Origin: an uncultured Eubacteriales bacterium
GTDB taxonomy: Bacteria; Bacillota; Clostridia; TANB77; CAG-508
Direction of reading: 5' to 3'
Assembly (NCBI GenBank): GCA_949289635.1
Contig: CASEOS010000005.1
Span: forward strand, 537-64,536
DNA: 64,000 nucleotides
In this document: piece by piece, positions 21,107 to 30,745 of the stretch
Numbering within the stretch: position 1 is the first letter of the stretch
Layout: each line of letters opens with the position of its first letter
The notes under the pieces: model-generated
What the model saw: the letters and a program-made list of their open reading frames with translations, nothing else
Databases searched by the model: none
Told to the model about the DNA's origin: nothing
Program-made: the position numbers and the translations under genes

Positions 21107-23053
21107 ATGAAAAGTATAGGTAAAAAAATAATAAAGATAATAAATGGACTTAATATTATTAATATTAGCATTTTATTAATATATAATTTTGAAAGTACAA
21201 AACATTTTATTAAAACTATAATTGTAGCGTTATTAGATGAAAATATTGCAATAAAAGTAAATGGCATTTATATTATGATACTGCCAACTTTAAAAAATAT
21301 AATATATTTATATATTATTATATTTTTTATTATAGCTACATTTAAAATAATATATTATTATTCGAAAAGGTATTTACAAAGAAAAAAAGTAGAAAAAGCA
21401 GATGAAATTAATAGAAATTTATTTGAGTATTTAAATAATGATGATAAAAAGTGTTTTGTAATTACAGGTGATTGGGGAGTGGGAAAAACATATACAGTAG
21501 ATGAATTTTTTAAAAATTATTTTAAATATGAAAGAAGAGAAGTATATAGAATTTCTTGTTTTGGAATGAAGGATAGGAAAGATGTATTACAGGAATTAAA
21601 AAATATTTTTGAAAAGCAAGATAAGTCTTTTAGAAAATATATGATTAATATTTTGAATAAAATACCTATTATTGGAGGATTACTTGAAGATGCTCTTAAA
21701 AGTGATTATGAATTTAAAGATTTAAAAGAAAAATCAATTTTTGTTTTTGATGATCTAGAAAGAATAAATATCCCCAATTATTCAAGTAGATATAATAGAG
21801 ATTGGTATAGAGTAAAAAACATACGACAAAATCCTTTTGAAAAGATACCATTAAACGAGTTATATAAAGAATTTAAAGAAATTGAAAGTTCTTTTAAAAA
21901 TTTTGATAATTCATTAGAAAAAATAAAAGAAGATATTGATATAGAAAAATTTAATGTTATTACAGGTATTATAAATGAATTAATAGAACGATATAATATG
22001 AAAGTAATTGTTATATGTAATAATGAAGAAATTGATAAAAATTTTTTTAATGATATATTTGAGTGTAAAATTGAAAGTGTTTTTTATAAAATTAATACTA
22101 AATATAAAATTACATTAGATTTGGCAACAAGAAATTTAAATAATAAATTATCCATAGAGGACGGTATTAAAGAAAAAGTAAAAGTTTTTTTTGAAACTAA
22201 TGCAAGTTGTATTGATAAAATATGGTATAAAAATAATGTAAAAAATGTAAGAGTATTATCTAAAACTATAAGTGCTTTTGTAGAAATTGTTGAGAATTAT
22301 AAAATTGAAGAGAAATATTACAAAGATTTATTTTTTACTATATTCATTACTAATATAGCTAATTATACAGGAGAAATATCATATTTAGAAGATATTCAAA
22401 TAGGAGAATTGATAAAAGCTTTTTATGAAAAACATATGTTAATGCTAGGAAATTATAGTAATATGTTGAAAAAAGGAATATTGTATAGTATTTCTTCTGA
22501 AGTAGATACATATGATATAAGATGGATGGGCTTAAATTTAGGTATTGCTTGGAACATGGGGATTCATAGATACGAAGGAATACAACAAGAGATTGAAAAA
22601 TATGATAGTTACAATTATGATGAAGAAAGAAAAATATTTTGTAAAAATGAAGATATAGATTTAGAAAATAATAATATATATAAATTTGACGATTTAGTTT
22701 ATTTGTTAAAAATAAATGTGGATAATGAAGAAAAAGTAAATAGTATATTTAAGATTATAAAAGAAGGAAAAATTGACTATATAAGTCATACATCTTTTAC
22801 ATATGGTGGTAGAGCATTTGGAAATATAAATAATGAGAAAGATGCAAGCAAAAAAGAAATTATATTTGCAACATTGCAATCCTATAAAATTGATGATACC
22901 ATATTGACAAAAATTTTTGAAATATTAGAAAATATTATAGATGCAAACGAAATAGATAATTTTTCAGAAAGAAAGTCAAGTAATTTATTGAAAACGGTAG
23001 AAGACAAGTATATAAACTTTTTAAATAATAAAAGAAAAATTGAAAAGAAATAA
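21107..23053 (+). CDS. KAP-family P-loop NTPase with N-terminal transmembrane segments
   Basis: 648 aa; TM helices at N-terminus; Walker A GDWGVGKTY, Walker B IFVFDDLER. Confidence 0.6.
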   Translation: MKSIGKKIIKIINGLNIINISILLIYNFESTKHFIKTIIVALLDENIAIKVNGIYIMILPTLKNIIYLYIIIFFIIATFKIIYYYSKRYLQRKKVEKADEINRNLFEYLNNDDKKCFVITGDWGVGKTYTVDEFFKNYFKYERREVYRISCFGMKDRKDVLQELKNIFEKQDKSFRKYMINILNKIPIIGGLLEDALKSDYEFKDLKEKSIFVFDDLERINIPNYSSRYNRDWYRVKNIRQNPFEKIPLNELYKEFKEIESSFKNFDNSLEKIKEDIDIEKFNVITGIINELIERYNMKVIVICNNEEIDKNFFNDIFECKIESVFYKINTKYKITLDLATRNLNNKLSIEDGIKEKVKVFFETNASCIDKIWYKNNVKNVRVLSKTISAFVEIVENYKIEEKYYKDLFFTIFITNIANYTGEISYLEDIQIGELIKAFYEKHMLMLGNYSNMLKKGILYSISSEVDTYDIRWMGLNLGIAWNMGIHRYEGIQQEIEKYDSYNYDEERKIFCKNEDIDLENNNIYKFDDLVYLLKINVDNEEKVNSIFKIIKEGKIDYISHTSFTYGGRAFGNINNEKDASKKEIIFATLQSYKIDDTILTKIFEILENIIDANEIDNFSERKSSNLLKTVEDKYINFLNNKRKIEKK

Positions 23054-23409
23054 AGATGCAGATTAACACATAGTAAATGTGTTGATACAAACAACTTATT
23101 ATTTTAAGATAAAATAAAGTAAATTCAATAAAAGAGGAGAAAAATTATACTACTCTTTTATTCTTTTAAACATTTGAAGATTAAACTCAAAACCATCACA
23201 AAAGTCATTCCTATAATAATTTTTATTCCAATAAACAATATAATCTAAAATAAATGTAAACTATGGAATAATTAACGAATTTATGATATATTAATTGCAA
23301 CAAAAAATTGCTTGGGAGGAAAACAGTAAAGGAACAATTAAAAGGAGTTATATTTTATGAATGTAGAATTTATTAACGATGTTATACCAATGATGGATTA
23401 AGATTACCT

Positions 23410-24208
23410 ATGATACATTTTGAAAGTGATAAAAAAGATATATGTGTAATATTTATACATGGTATGTGCCAAACAATATTAGATAATTATTTTGCTATCG
23501 TATGTGGAGAACTTTTATCTAGAAATAGTATAGGTTTTCTTTATGAACATAATAGAGGTCATTCTATAGAGAATGATATATTAATGAAAGATGGCTCATA
23601 TAAGAGATGTGGATGTATGTACGAAATTTTTGAAGATTGCATTTTAGATATCAATTTAGCAATTGAAAAAGCAAAAGAATTAGGATATAAAAGATATATC
23701 TTAATGGGGCATAGTTATGGATGTAATAAATTGATTTATTACTATTATAAAAAACATCCTAATATTTTGGGATTAGTGCTTGCAAGTGCACCAGACATGA
23801 TAGGGTTACAATTACTTCGACAATCTGATTATAAGAAACTTATTAATGAAGCAAAAGACAATATAGATAAAGGAAATCCAACAAAAATACTTAGTAACTT
23901 AATTGAGAATTATATGTATATGAGTTCACAAACATATTATAATTGGTTTAAAAAAGATTCAAATCTTGATAATTTACCAGTTATGGATGAATAATTGGTT
24001 TCAATTTGAAAGTATAGATGTTCCAATATTAACATTTTCAGGATCAGAAGAAACAGATAATTATTTACATTTAGATTTGCTAAAGGATAAAGCAAAAAAT
24101 TGTAATAATTTTAAATATAAAATCATAGATCAAACAAATCATTTTTATGTGGGTAAAGAAAAAGAAGTAAGTTTTTTAGTTTTGGAATGGATAAATAATT
24201 TTAGATAG
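23410..24208 (+). pseudogene. alpha/beta-hydrolase gene split by a frameshift (ORFs 23410-23994 and 23966-24208)
   Basis: HGMCQT and nucleophile-elbow GHSYG motifs in first ORF; second ORF continues in +1 frame with 29-nt overlap. Confidence 0.5.
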
Positions 24209-24230
24209 AAGTTAAGAGAGGAAGTTTTAA

Positions 24231-24860
24231 ATGAATAATAATTATATTATAATAGGCGATAGTATTACATATGGAATTGGAGATTTCGAAAGTGGTGGAT
24301 GGGCTGCAATGTTTAAAAACTATATTGTAAAAAAGGATGATACAAAAGAATGCAGTAATTATGTTCATGTTGCGGGATTTCCTGGAGCTACAAGCACTGA
24401 TATTTTATCCAAAATTGATAGTATATTGAAATTATTTAAAAATGAAGAATTTACAAATATAGTAATACTTTCTATTGGAGTCAATGATACACAAGAATTT
24501 AATGGTAGCCAAAAGAATAGTATTGAACAATACAAAATTAATATAGAAAAAATTGCTAAATGTGTTATAGATAATGGTTGTTATATGATAATTTTAGGAT
24601 TAACAAGAATAGAAAGCGATGAGAAATTTTTGTGGAAACCCAATAAATATTATGACAATGAAATAATATCAGAATATGATAGAGATTTAGAGTTAATTTT
24701 AAATTATGATGTGGAATTAGAAAAATTATGTAAGAATAACAAAATTAAATATATTGCAATGCAAGAAGTATTAAAAAAGGAAGATTTTATTGATGGATTA
24801 CATCCAAACCATAATGGACATAAGAAAATTTGCAATTATATTATTGAAAATATAGAGTAA
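24231..24860 (+). CDS. SGNH/GDSL-family hydrolase
   Basis: GDSITYG block I and DGLHPN block V motifs. Confidence 0.7.
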   Translation: MNNNYIIIGDSITYGIGDFESGGWAAMFKNYIVKKDDTKECSNYVHVAGFPGATSTDILSKIDSILKLFKNEEFTNIVILSIGVNDTQEFNGSQKNSIEQYKINIEKIAKCVIDNGCYMIILGLTRIESDEKFLWKPNKYYDNEIISEYDRDLELILNYDVELEKLCKNNKIKYIAMQEVLKKEDFIDGLHPNHNGHKKICNYIIENIE

Positions 24861-24969
24861 GAGAAAGAAAAAATGTTATTTCTAGAAAGTGTCCATAATA
24901 ATGGAGTACATCTTAGAATATTAGAATAATTAAGAAAATAATTGAAAATTAAGTGGAGGTAATTATGCA

Positions 24970-25731
24970 ATGGAAAATAAAAAAGTTGTTTTAATAACTG
25001 GTGGAACAAGTGGAATTGGATTTGGAACAATAGAATATTTACTGGAGCAAGGAAATTATGAAATTATTTCAGTTTCAAGAGGAAATAAAAATATAGCTCT
25101 TGCTAAAGAAAAACTAGGTGAAAAAGCTAATCAAGTTATATTTTTACAAGGAGATGTTAGCAAAGAAGAAGATTGTAGGAAAATATATAATGAAGTAGAA
25201 AGTAAATATGGAAAGTTAGATGGATTAGTAAATTCAGCTGGAATAATAAAATTAGGTGGAATTGAAGAACAAACTTTAGAAGAGTGGAATAATGCAATAA
25301 ATATAAATTTAACTGCAATATTCTTATTATCAAAAACATTATTGCCATTATTGAAAAAAGGAAGAAATACATCAGTCGTAAATATATCTTCTATGTCATC
25401 AGAAAGGGCAGGAGGATCAATAGCTTATTGTGCAAGTAAAGCTGGGGTTGATATGTTAACTAAATATATGGGACAAGAACTCGGAAAATATAATATAAGA
25501 GTTAATAGTGTAAATCCAGCAGCAGTATATACAAATATTTATGTAGCAAGCGGAGACTACACACAAGAAGGTTATGATAAATGGTCAGAAGAAAAAGCAC
25601 CATTATATCCATTAGGAAGAATTGGAGATGCCAAAAAAGATTTAGCCCCAACAATAGAATTTTTATTGTCAGATAAATCATTATGGACGACAGGAGCGAT
25701 ATATTTAGTAGATGGTGGAAAAAGTATTTAG
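24970..25731 (+). CDS. SDR-family oxidoreductase
   Basis: TGGTSGIG cofactor motif, catalytic YCASK, 253 aa. Confidence 0.75.
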   Translation: MENKKVVLITGGTSGIGFGTIEYLLEQGNYEIISVSRGNKNIALAKEKLGEKANQVIFLQGDVSKEEDCRKIYNEVESKYGKLDGLVNSAGIIKLGGIEEQTLEEWNNAININLTAIFLLSKTLLPLLKKGRNTSVVNISSMSSERAGGSIAYCASKAGVDMLTKYMGQELGKYNIRVNSVNPAAVYTNIYVASGDYTQEGYDKWSEEKAPLYPLGRIGDAKKDLAPTIEFLLSDKSLWTTGAIYLVDGGKSI

Positions 25732-25898
25732 TATAGTACATCATTATTTTTATGAATGACTTGTAACAATGAATCAGCAGTTAGAGAAAATTTAGTATAA
25801 ACAAATGAATTTACTATAATTGCAAGATAAAAAGAATAAAAAGCAGTGAAAACTGTTATAAGTCAAGTTGCATTAAAATGTAAGGAAACGGTGAAACA

Positions 25899-26543
25899 AT
25901 GCAAAGTAAAAAAGAAGTGAAATTAAAAATAATAGATTTAGAAGATATAAAATCAATGGAACGATATCTTAATGAAGAACAAATGCAATTCTTAAAAAAT
26001 ATATATGAAATTGAATATGATGAGAAAACAACAATAAGGCAAATACTAAATTTTTTAATTAATGGACTAAAAGAATATTATATTAATTATAATAGTGTAG
26101 AAGAAATATTTAAAGACTATTTTTTAAAAAGTAGATTTAATATAATTATAAATAAAAAATATGTACGAATTTATGATTTGGACATACCAGTATACATGAT
26201 TTTAAATTATATACAAAATCAAGAAATAGACCTGTCTTTTATATTGGAGCCTGGTGGTGGATTTGATGCGTTAGAGCAATATAATGGAATAAAATATATA
26301 ATGAAAACGCATGAACAGGGAAGACATAATAACCCACACATACATGTATGCTATTCAGGAGAGGAAATTATTGTTAATATTATAAATGGACAAGTAATAG
26401 AAGGAAAAATGAACTCTAAAAAGAAAAAAGAAGCAATTCAAAGAATTATAAAAAATAAGGAAGAATTATTACTTTTGTGGAATACAAGAACAGATGGTAC
26501 TCCATATGAGGTAAGTGAAGAAGACTTTAATTTAAAAGTGTAA
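25899..26543 (+). CDS. hypothetical protein with C-terminal DUF4160-like domain
   Basis: HNNPHIHVCYSGEE...WN pattern typical of DUF4160. Confidence 0.4.
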   Translation: MQSKKEVKLKIIDLEDIKSMERYLNEEQMQFLKNIYEIEYDEKTTIRQILNFLINGLKEYYINYNSVEEIFKDYFLKSRFNIIINKKYVRIYDLDIPVYMILNYIQNQEIDLSFILEPGGGFDALEQYNGIKYIMKTHEQGRHNNPHIHVCYSGEEIIVNIINGQVIEGKMNSKKKKEAIQRIIKNKEELLLLWNTRTDGTPYEVSEEDFNLKV

Positions 26544-26800
26544 AGAATAATTAAAAAGATACTATGCCAATGAAGATAGAAGGACACCTGAGAATGGTAA
26601 TAAATATCGTATGCTATAAATATGTTGAGTTATTTCTAGCATGCGATATTTAATTTTATAAAAATCAACTAGGTAGCTTATTATGATTTAAATAATATTT
26701 GAAACAAAAATGAATAAAAAGTTCAAAAATAGGAAAAATATTATTAAAATTAGTTTACTTTTTTATAAAAATAGCATATAATATATAAAGAGAGGTGTAA

Positions 26801-28087
26801 GTGATGCTAGTTGAATTTAGTGTTAAAAATTTCATGTCATTTAAAGATAAAGTAACCTTTAGTATGGAAGCAGCAACAGGAACAGAAAATGAAGAAAATA
26901 TAATAAGTATACCCAATATAAATGAAAGAATTTTAAAGAGCACAGCAATATATGGAGCAAATGCATCAGGAAAAACAAATTTAATAAATGCATTTACAGC
27001 AGCAATATTAATGATAAGAAAATCAAATAATAGACAGGTTGGAGAAAAATTAACAGAAATGGAACCATTTGCATTTGATGAAAAAACTAAATTAGAACCA
27101 TGTGAATTTGAATTTGTTTTTTATGCAAAAGGAATGAAATATATATATGGATTTATAGCAGATAAAGAAAAAGTATATGAAGAATATTTATATCAGTATT
27201 TTACAGCTAAGCCTACAAGAATATTTGAAAGAACTAATGTAAATGAATATAAATTCCTACAGGCAGATGAAGGAAAATTAAATGCTATAAAAACACAAAA
27301 TATAGATAATAAATTGTTTTTAGCTACAGCAACAACATGGAATTATGATAAGACAAAAGAACCATATTTGTGGTTTGCAAAAAATATAGACACATATACT
27401 GGTGGAATGTTATTAAACGATTTTGTTGTAGAGTCATATAACAACAAAGATGAAGGGGAAGAACTAAAAAAATTTGCATTAAAATTATTAAACGAAGCAG
27501 ACATTGTAATAAAAGACTTTAGTGTAGAAATCGAAGAACGTGATGTAGATAGTAATATGATAATGCTGTTAAAAAACTTTAATATTCCTTCACAAATATT
27601 GCCACAAAAACAAAGAGATGTAAAAATAAGAATGACACATGAAGTTATTAATGATAACGGCGATATGAAAAGTTATGAATTAAACTTTAATAATGAGTCT
27701 TCAGGAACACAAATTCTATTTTCATTTGCACCAATATTAAAAGATGTTTTTGAGAATGGAAAAATATTAGTAATAGATGAAATTGAAAGAAGTTTGCATC
27801 CTAATTTAGTAGAAATGATTATTAAATTCTTTCATAACCCACAAATTAATAAAGGAAATGCACAGTTAATATTTAATACACATGATACAAATTTATTATC
27901 TTTAGATATATTTAGAAGAGATCAGATATGGTTTGCAGAAAAAGATCCACAGAAAGGGGCTACTGTTTTATATCCTCTTGATGACTTCTCAGTTAGAAAA
28001 AATGAGAATATACAAAAAGGATATTTAAATGGAAGATATGGAGCAATTCCTTTTGTAGCTATGGGTAATAGCTTATGGGAAGATTAG
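26801..28087 (+). CDS. AAA_21/ABC-type ATPase (OLD/AbiLi-like)
   Basis: Walker A GANASGKTN, Walker B-like LVIDEIERSLHP; translationally coupled to downstream RloB-like gene. Confidence 0.65.
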   Translation: MMLVEFSVKNFMSFKDKVTFSMEAATGTENEENIISIPNINERILKSTAIYGANASGKTNLINAFTAAILMIRKSNNRQVGEKLTEMEPFAFDEKTKLEPCEFEFVFYAKGMKYIYGFIADKEKVYEEYLYQYFTAKPTRIFERTNVNEYKFLQADEGKLNAIKTQNIDNKLFLATATTWNYDKTKEPYLWFAKNIDTYTGGMLLNDFVVESYNNKDEGEELKKFALKLLNEADIVIKDFSVEIEERDVDSNMIMLLKNFNIPSQILPQKQRDVKIRMTHEVINDNGDMKSYELNFNNESSGTQILFSFAPILKDVFENGKILVIDEIERSLHPNLVEMIIKFFHNPQINKGNAQLIFNTHDTNLLSLDIFRRDQIWFAEKDPQKGATVLYPLDDFSVRKNENIQKGYLNGRYGAIPFVAMGNSLWED

Positions 28088-28701
28088 AAGGATTTAAACA
28101 AAGAGGTAGAAACCGACAAAGTAGGCAACGAAACCCTATTATAGTAATAGGATGTGAAGGTGCAAACAAAACAGAAGAGATTTACTTTAGAAACTTTAAT
28201 AGTAGAAAATGTATTATAAAATTTTCTACAGGAAATAGCACAGATCCAGTTGGAATTGTTAATGATTTAATAAAATTTATAGATAATGAAATTGGGAGAG
28301 AAGATGGAGACAAATATTATGTGGTGTTAGATACGGACGTAAATCAAGATAAACAAAGTCAGATTGATAAAGCGAAAGCATTAGCGATAAAAAATGGAGT
28401 TGAATTTATAACTTCAACTCCAACGTTTGAATATTGGTACATGTTACATTTTGAATATACAACGAAGACATACCATTCAAGTGAGGAAGTTCAAAATGAT
28501 ATAAAAGATAAAATAAAAGGCTATACAAAAAGTATGAATACATATCCTGTTTTAAGAGACAAGACAGATAATGCCATAAAAAATGCTAGAAAAGTTGAAA
28601 AACATCATTTAGATTTAGGACAAGCATTAGATAATGAAAATTGTAATCCTTATACAGCAGCATATAAAGTTGTAGAAGAATTAATGAAAAGAAATAATTG
28701 A
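28075..28701 (+). CDS. RloB-family (Toprim-like) protein, AbiLii-like
   Basis: N-terminal IIVIGCEGANKTEEIYF matches RloB signature; 13-nt overlap with upstream ATPase. Confidence 0.6.
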   Translation: MGRLEGFKQRGRNRQSRQRNPIIVIGCEGANKTEEIYFRNFNSRKCIIKFSTGNSTDPVGIVNDLIKFIDNEIGREDGDKYYVVLDTDVNQDKQSQIDKAKALAIKNGVEFITSTPTFEYWYMLHFEYTTKTYHSSEEVQNDIKDKIKGYTKSMNTYPVLRDKTDNAIKNARKVEKHHLDLGQALDNENCNPYTAAYKVVEELMKRNN

Positions 28702-28830
28702 TACAGATAAAAAGCAAAATATGAAAGTAATTTTAAAATTACAAGAATATTTTGTTTTTTATATTTATTGACAAGTTTCGACAAAAAAATCAAAAGAGAT
28801 ATGTTATAAAAAATTAAGGGGACAAAATAT

Positions 28831-29202
28831 ATGGACTATATAATAATAGAAAAATTGAAAAAATTAAGAAAAAGTAAAAAGATCACACAAGAACAGTTAG
28901 CTGAAAAATTAGATATAAGCCGTTCTAAAGTTTCTAGTTGGGAAACAAATCGAAGAGATATGAGTATAACAGAAGCAATAAGATTAGCTAATATATATGA
29001 GGTTAGTTTAGATAATCTGTTCGAAATAAAAAAAATTACAGAAGAAGAATATGTGAAAATTTCTGATAAATTTTTAAAAGGTACAAACATATCTCTTGAA
29101 GAAAAAGTTAAAATAATAGAATTAATTAGAGAAACATTAAAGAAGAATAATATTGACGAATTCTACGAAATTTACAAAATGACACAAAATGCGACAAAAT
29201 AG
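28831..29202 (+). CDS. XRE-family HTH regulator
   Basis: ITQEQLAEKLDISRSKVSSWETNRR HTH. Confidence 0.65.
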   Translation: MDYIIIEKLKKLRKSKKITQEQLAEKLDISRSKVSSWETNRRDMSITEAIRLANIYEVSLDNLFEIKKITEEEYVKISDKFLKGTNISLEEKVKIIELIRETLKKNNIDEFYEIYKMTQNATK

Positions 29203-29296
29203 ATTTAAAATATCTATTTTGTCGCATTTTGGCTATGTAAAATTAGAAAGAAAATTGGTATAATATTTAAGTAGATATATAAGGAGGGATATAGTT

Positions 29297-29716
29297 GTGC
29301 AAGAACAAACAAATAAAATTGGGCACTTAAATATGATACAAGGAATAATTTCGAGAATGGGAAATAACGCATTTTCTTTAAAACAATGGGCGGTTGGAAT
29401 AATGATTGCTATATATGCTTTTGCAGGGGAAAATTCTCATAAGGCTGTAATAGTAACAATAATTCCATTAATAGTTTTTTGGTTTTTAGATTCATATTAT
29501 TTAATGATTGAACGTAAATATAGATGTTTATATGATGAAGTAAGAAGAAAAAAGGAAAAAAATATTGATTTTAATATGAATACTAATTTGATAAATGTGA
29601 AAATGAAGAATATAAATAATTATTGCTTGATTAAAGTGGCATTCTCAAAAACAATATGGCCTTTTTATATAGTATGTATTGCAACTACATTAATAATTTA
29701 TTTTATAAAATTTTAG
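29297..29716 (+). CDS. small 3-TM membrane protein (SLATT-like candidate effector), GTG start
   Basis: 139 aa; amphipathic N-term then TM hairpin (WAVGIMIAIYAFAG / AVIVTIIPLIVFWFL) and C-terminal TM; ends 10 nt before TIR-like gene. Confidence 0.35.
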   Translation: MQEQTNKIGHLNMIQGIISRMGNNAFSLKQWAVGIMIAIYAFAGENSHKAVIVTIIPLIVFWFLDSYYLMIERKYRCLYDEVRRKKEKNIDFNMNTNLINVKMKNINNYCLIKVAFSKTIWPFYIVCIATTLIIYFIKF

Positions 29717-29725
29717 GAGGTAATT

Positions 29726-30217
29726 ATGAAAAGACAAGTATTTTATAGTTTTCATTATAAAAATGACTGTTGGAGAACGAGTCAAGTTAGAAATATAGGA
29801 GCTATTGAGGGGAATAAGCCTGTTTCAGAAAACGAATGGGAAGAAGTAAAAAGAAAAGGTGACGAGAATATAAAAAATTGGATAAATGATCAGCTGAAAT
29901 ATAGAAGTTGTACAATAGTTTTAATAGGTGAAGAAACGTCAGAGAGAAAATGGGTAAAATATGAAATAAAAAAGAGTTGGGAAGATGGAAAAGGTATTTT
30001 AGGTATTTATATACATAATTTAAAAAATCAAAATGGAGAAAGAAGTAGGAAGGGTAAAAATCCGTTTGAACAATTTACTTTAAAAGGTGGAGAAAAGTTA
30101 TCAAATAAAATAAAAGTATATAATCCACCATATGAATTTGATAGTAAAGCAAATTATAACTATATTGCTGAAAATATAGAGGATTGGATAGAAACAGCAA
30201 TTAATGATAGAAAATAA
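29726..30217 (+). CDS. TIR-like (DUF1863 / ThsB-like) domain protein
   Basis: VFYSFHYKND...TIVLIGEETSERKWVKYEIKKSWEDGKGILGIYIHN matches DUF1863 TIR-like pattern. Confidence 0.5.
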   Translation: MKRQVFYSFHYKNDCWRTSQVRNIGAIEGNKPVSENEWEEVKRKGDENIKNWINDQLKYRSCTIVLIGEETSERKWVKYEIKKSWEDGKGILGIYIHNLKNQNGERSRKGKNPFEQFTLKGGEKLSNKIKVYNPPYEFDSKANYNYIAENIEDWIETAINDRK

Positions 30218-30236
30218 AAAGATAGGGGGGATAAAT

Positions 30237-30371
30237 ATGTACACTACAGGTGAAAAACCAGGAAAAGGTGAATACTATTGTACAAAATGTGGACAAAATG
30301 TAACATTAGATGATAATACTGATACTTTACCACCATGTCCAAAGTGTTCTAATACTACTTATAGAAAATAA
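30237..30371 (+). CDS. 44-aa zinc-ribbon small protein (absent from ORF track: below size cut-off)
   Basis: MYTTGEKPGKGEYYCTKCGQNVTLDDNTDTLPPCPKCSNTTYRK; RBS GGGGGG 7 nt upstream; followed by intrinsic terminator. Confidence 0.4.
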   Translation: MYTTGEKPGKGEYYCTKCGQNVTLDDNTDTLPPCPKCSNTTYRK

Positions 30372-30435
30372 TATTAAAAATCAAAGGCGAGAATATACTC
30401 GTCTTTTTTATTTAGTCATAAATAACTAACAATAT
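30371..30435. repeat. 65-bp direct repeat, copy A (with 32058-32121)
   Basis: ATATTAAAAATCAAAGGCGAGAATATACTCGTCTTTTTTATTTAGTCATAAATAACTAACAATAT, ~88% identical to copy B. Confidence 0.7.
30383..30410 (+). terminator. rho-independent terminator
   Basis: AAAGGCGAG-AATATA-CTCGTCTTT stem-loop followed by T-run. Confidence 0.55.
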
Positions 30436-30745
30436 TATAAATACTAGTCATATAATGCTTTTCATTTCATAAATAATATAATCAAAATGATTTTCGTTAA
30501 GATAGCTTAATTTATTTTTTGAAAATTTTTATTGTCAAAAGACAAATTACTATAAAATATAATACAAAAAACAAATCACAAATCATTGAAATGGAATGCC
30601 ACAAATATTTGAAACAAAAATACTACAATTAACCGAAATAAAAAACTACAAATAACCGAAAAATAATTATATAAATAACCGAAAAACATTGTATAATTTT
30701 AAAAGTAATGGTATAATATAATAAAGTAAAGGAGGGATAAGAGTC

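Noticed and set aside
29297-29716. Thoeris ThsA
   Set aside because: Only 139 aa with no SIR2, Macro or SLOG domain; treated as a small TM effector candidate instead
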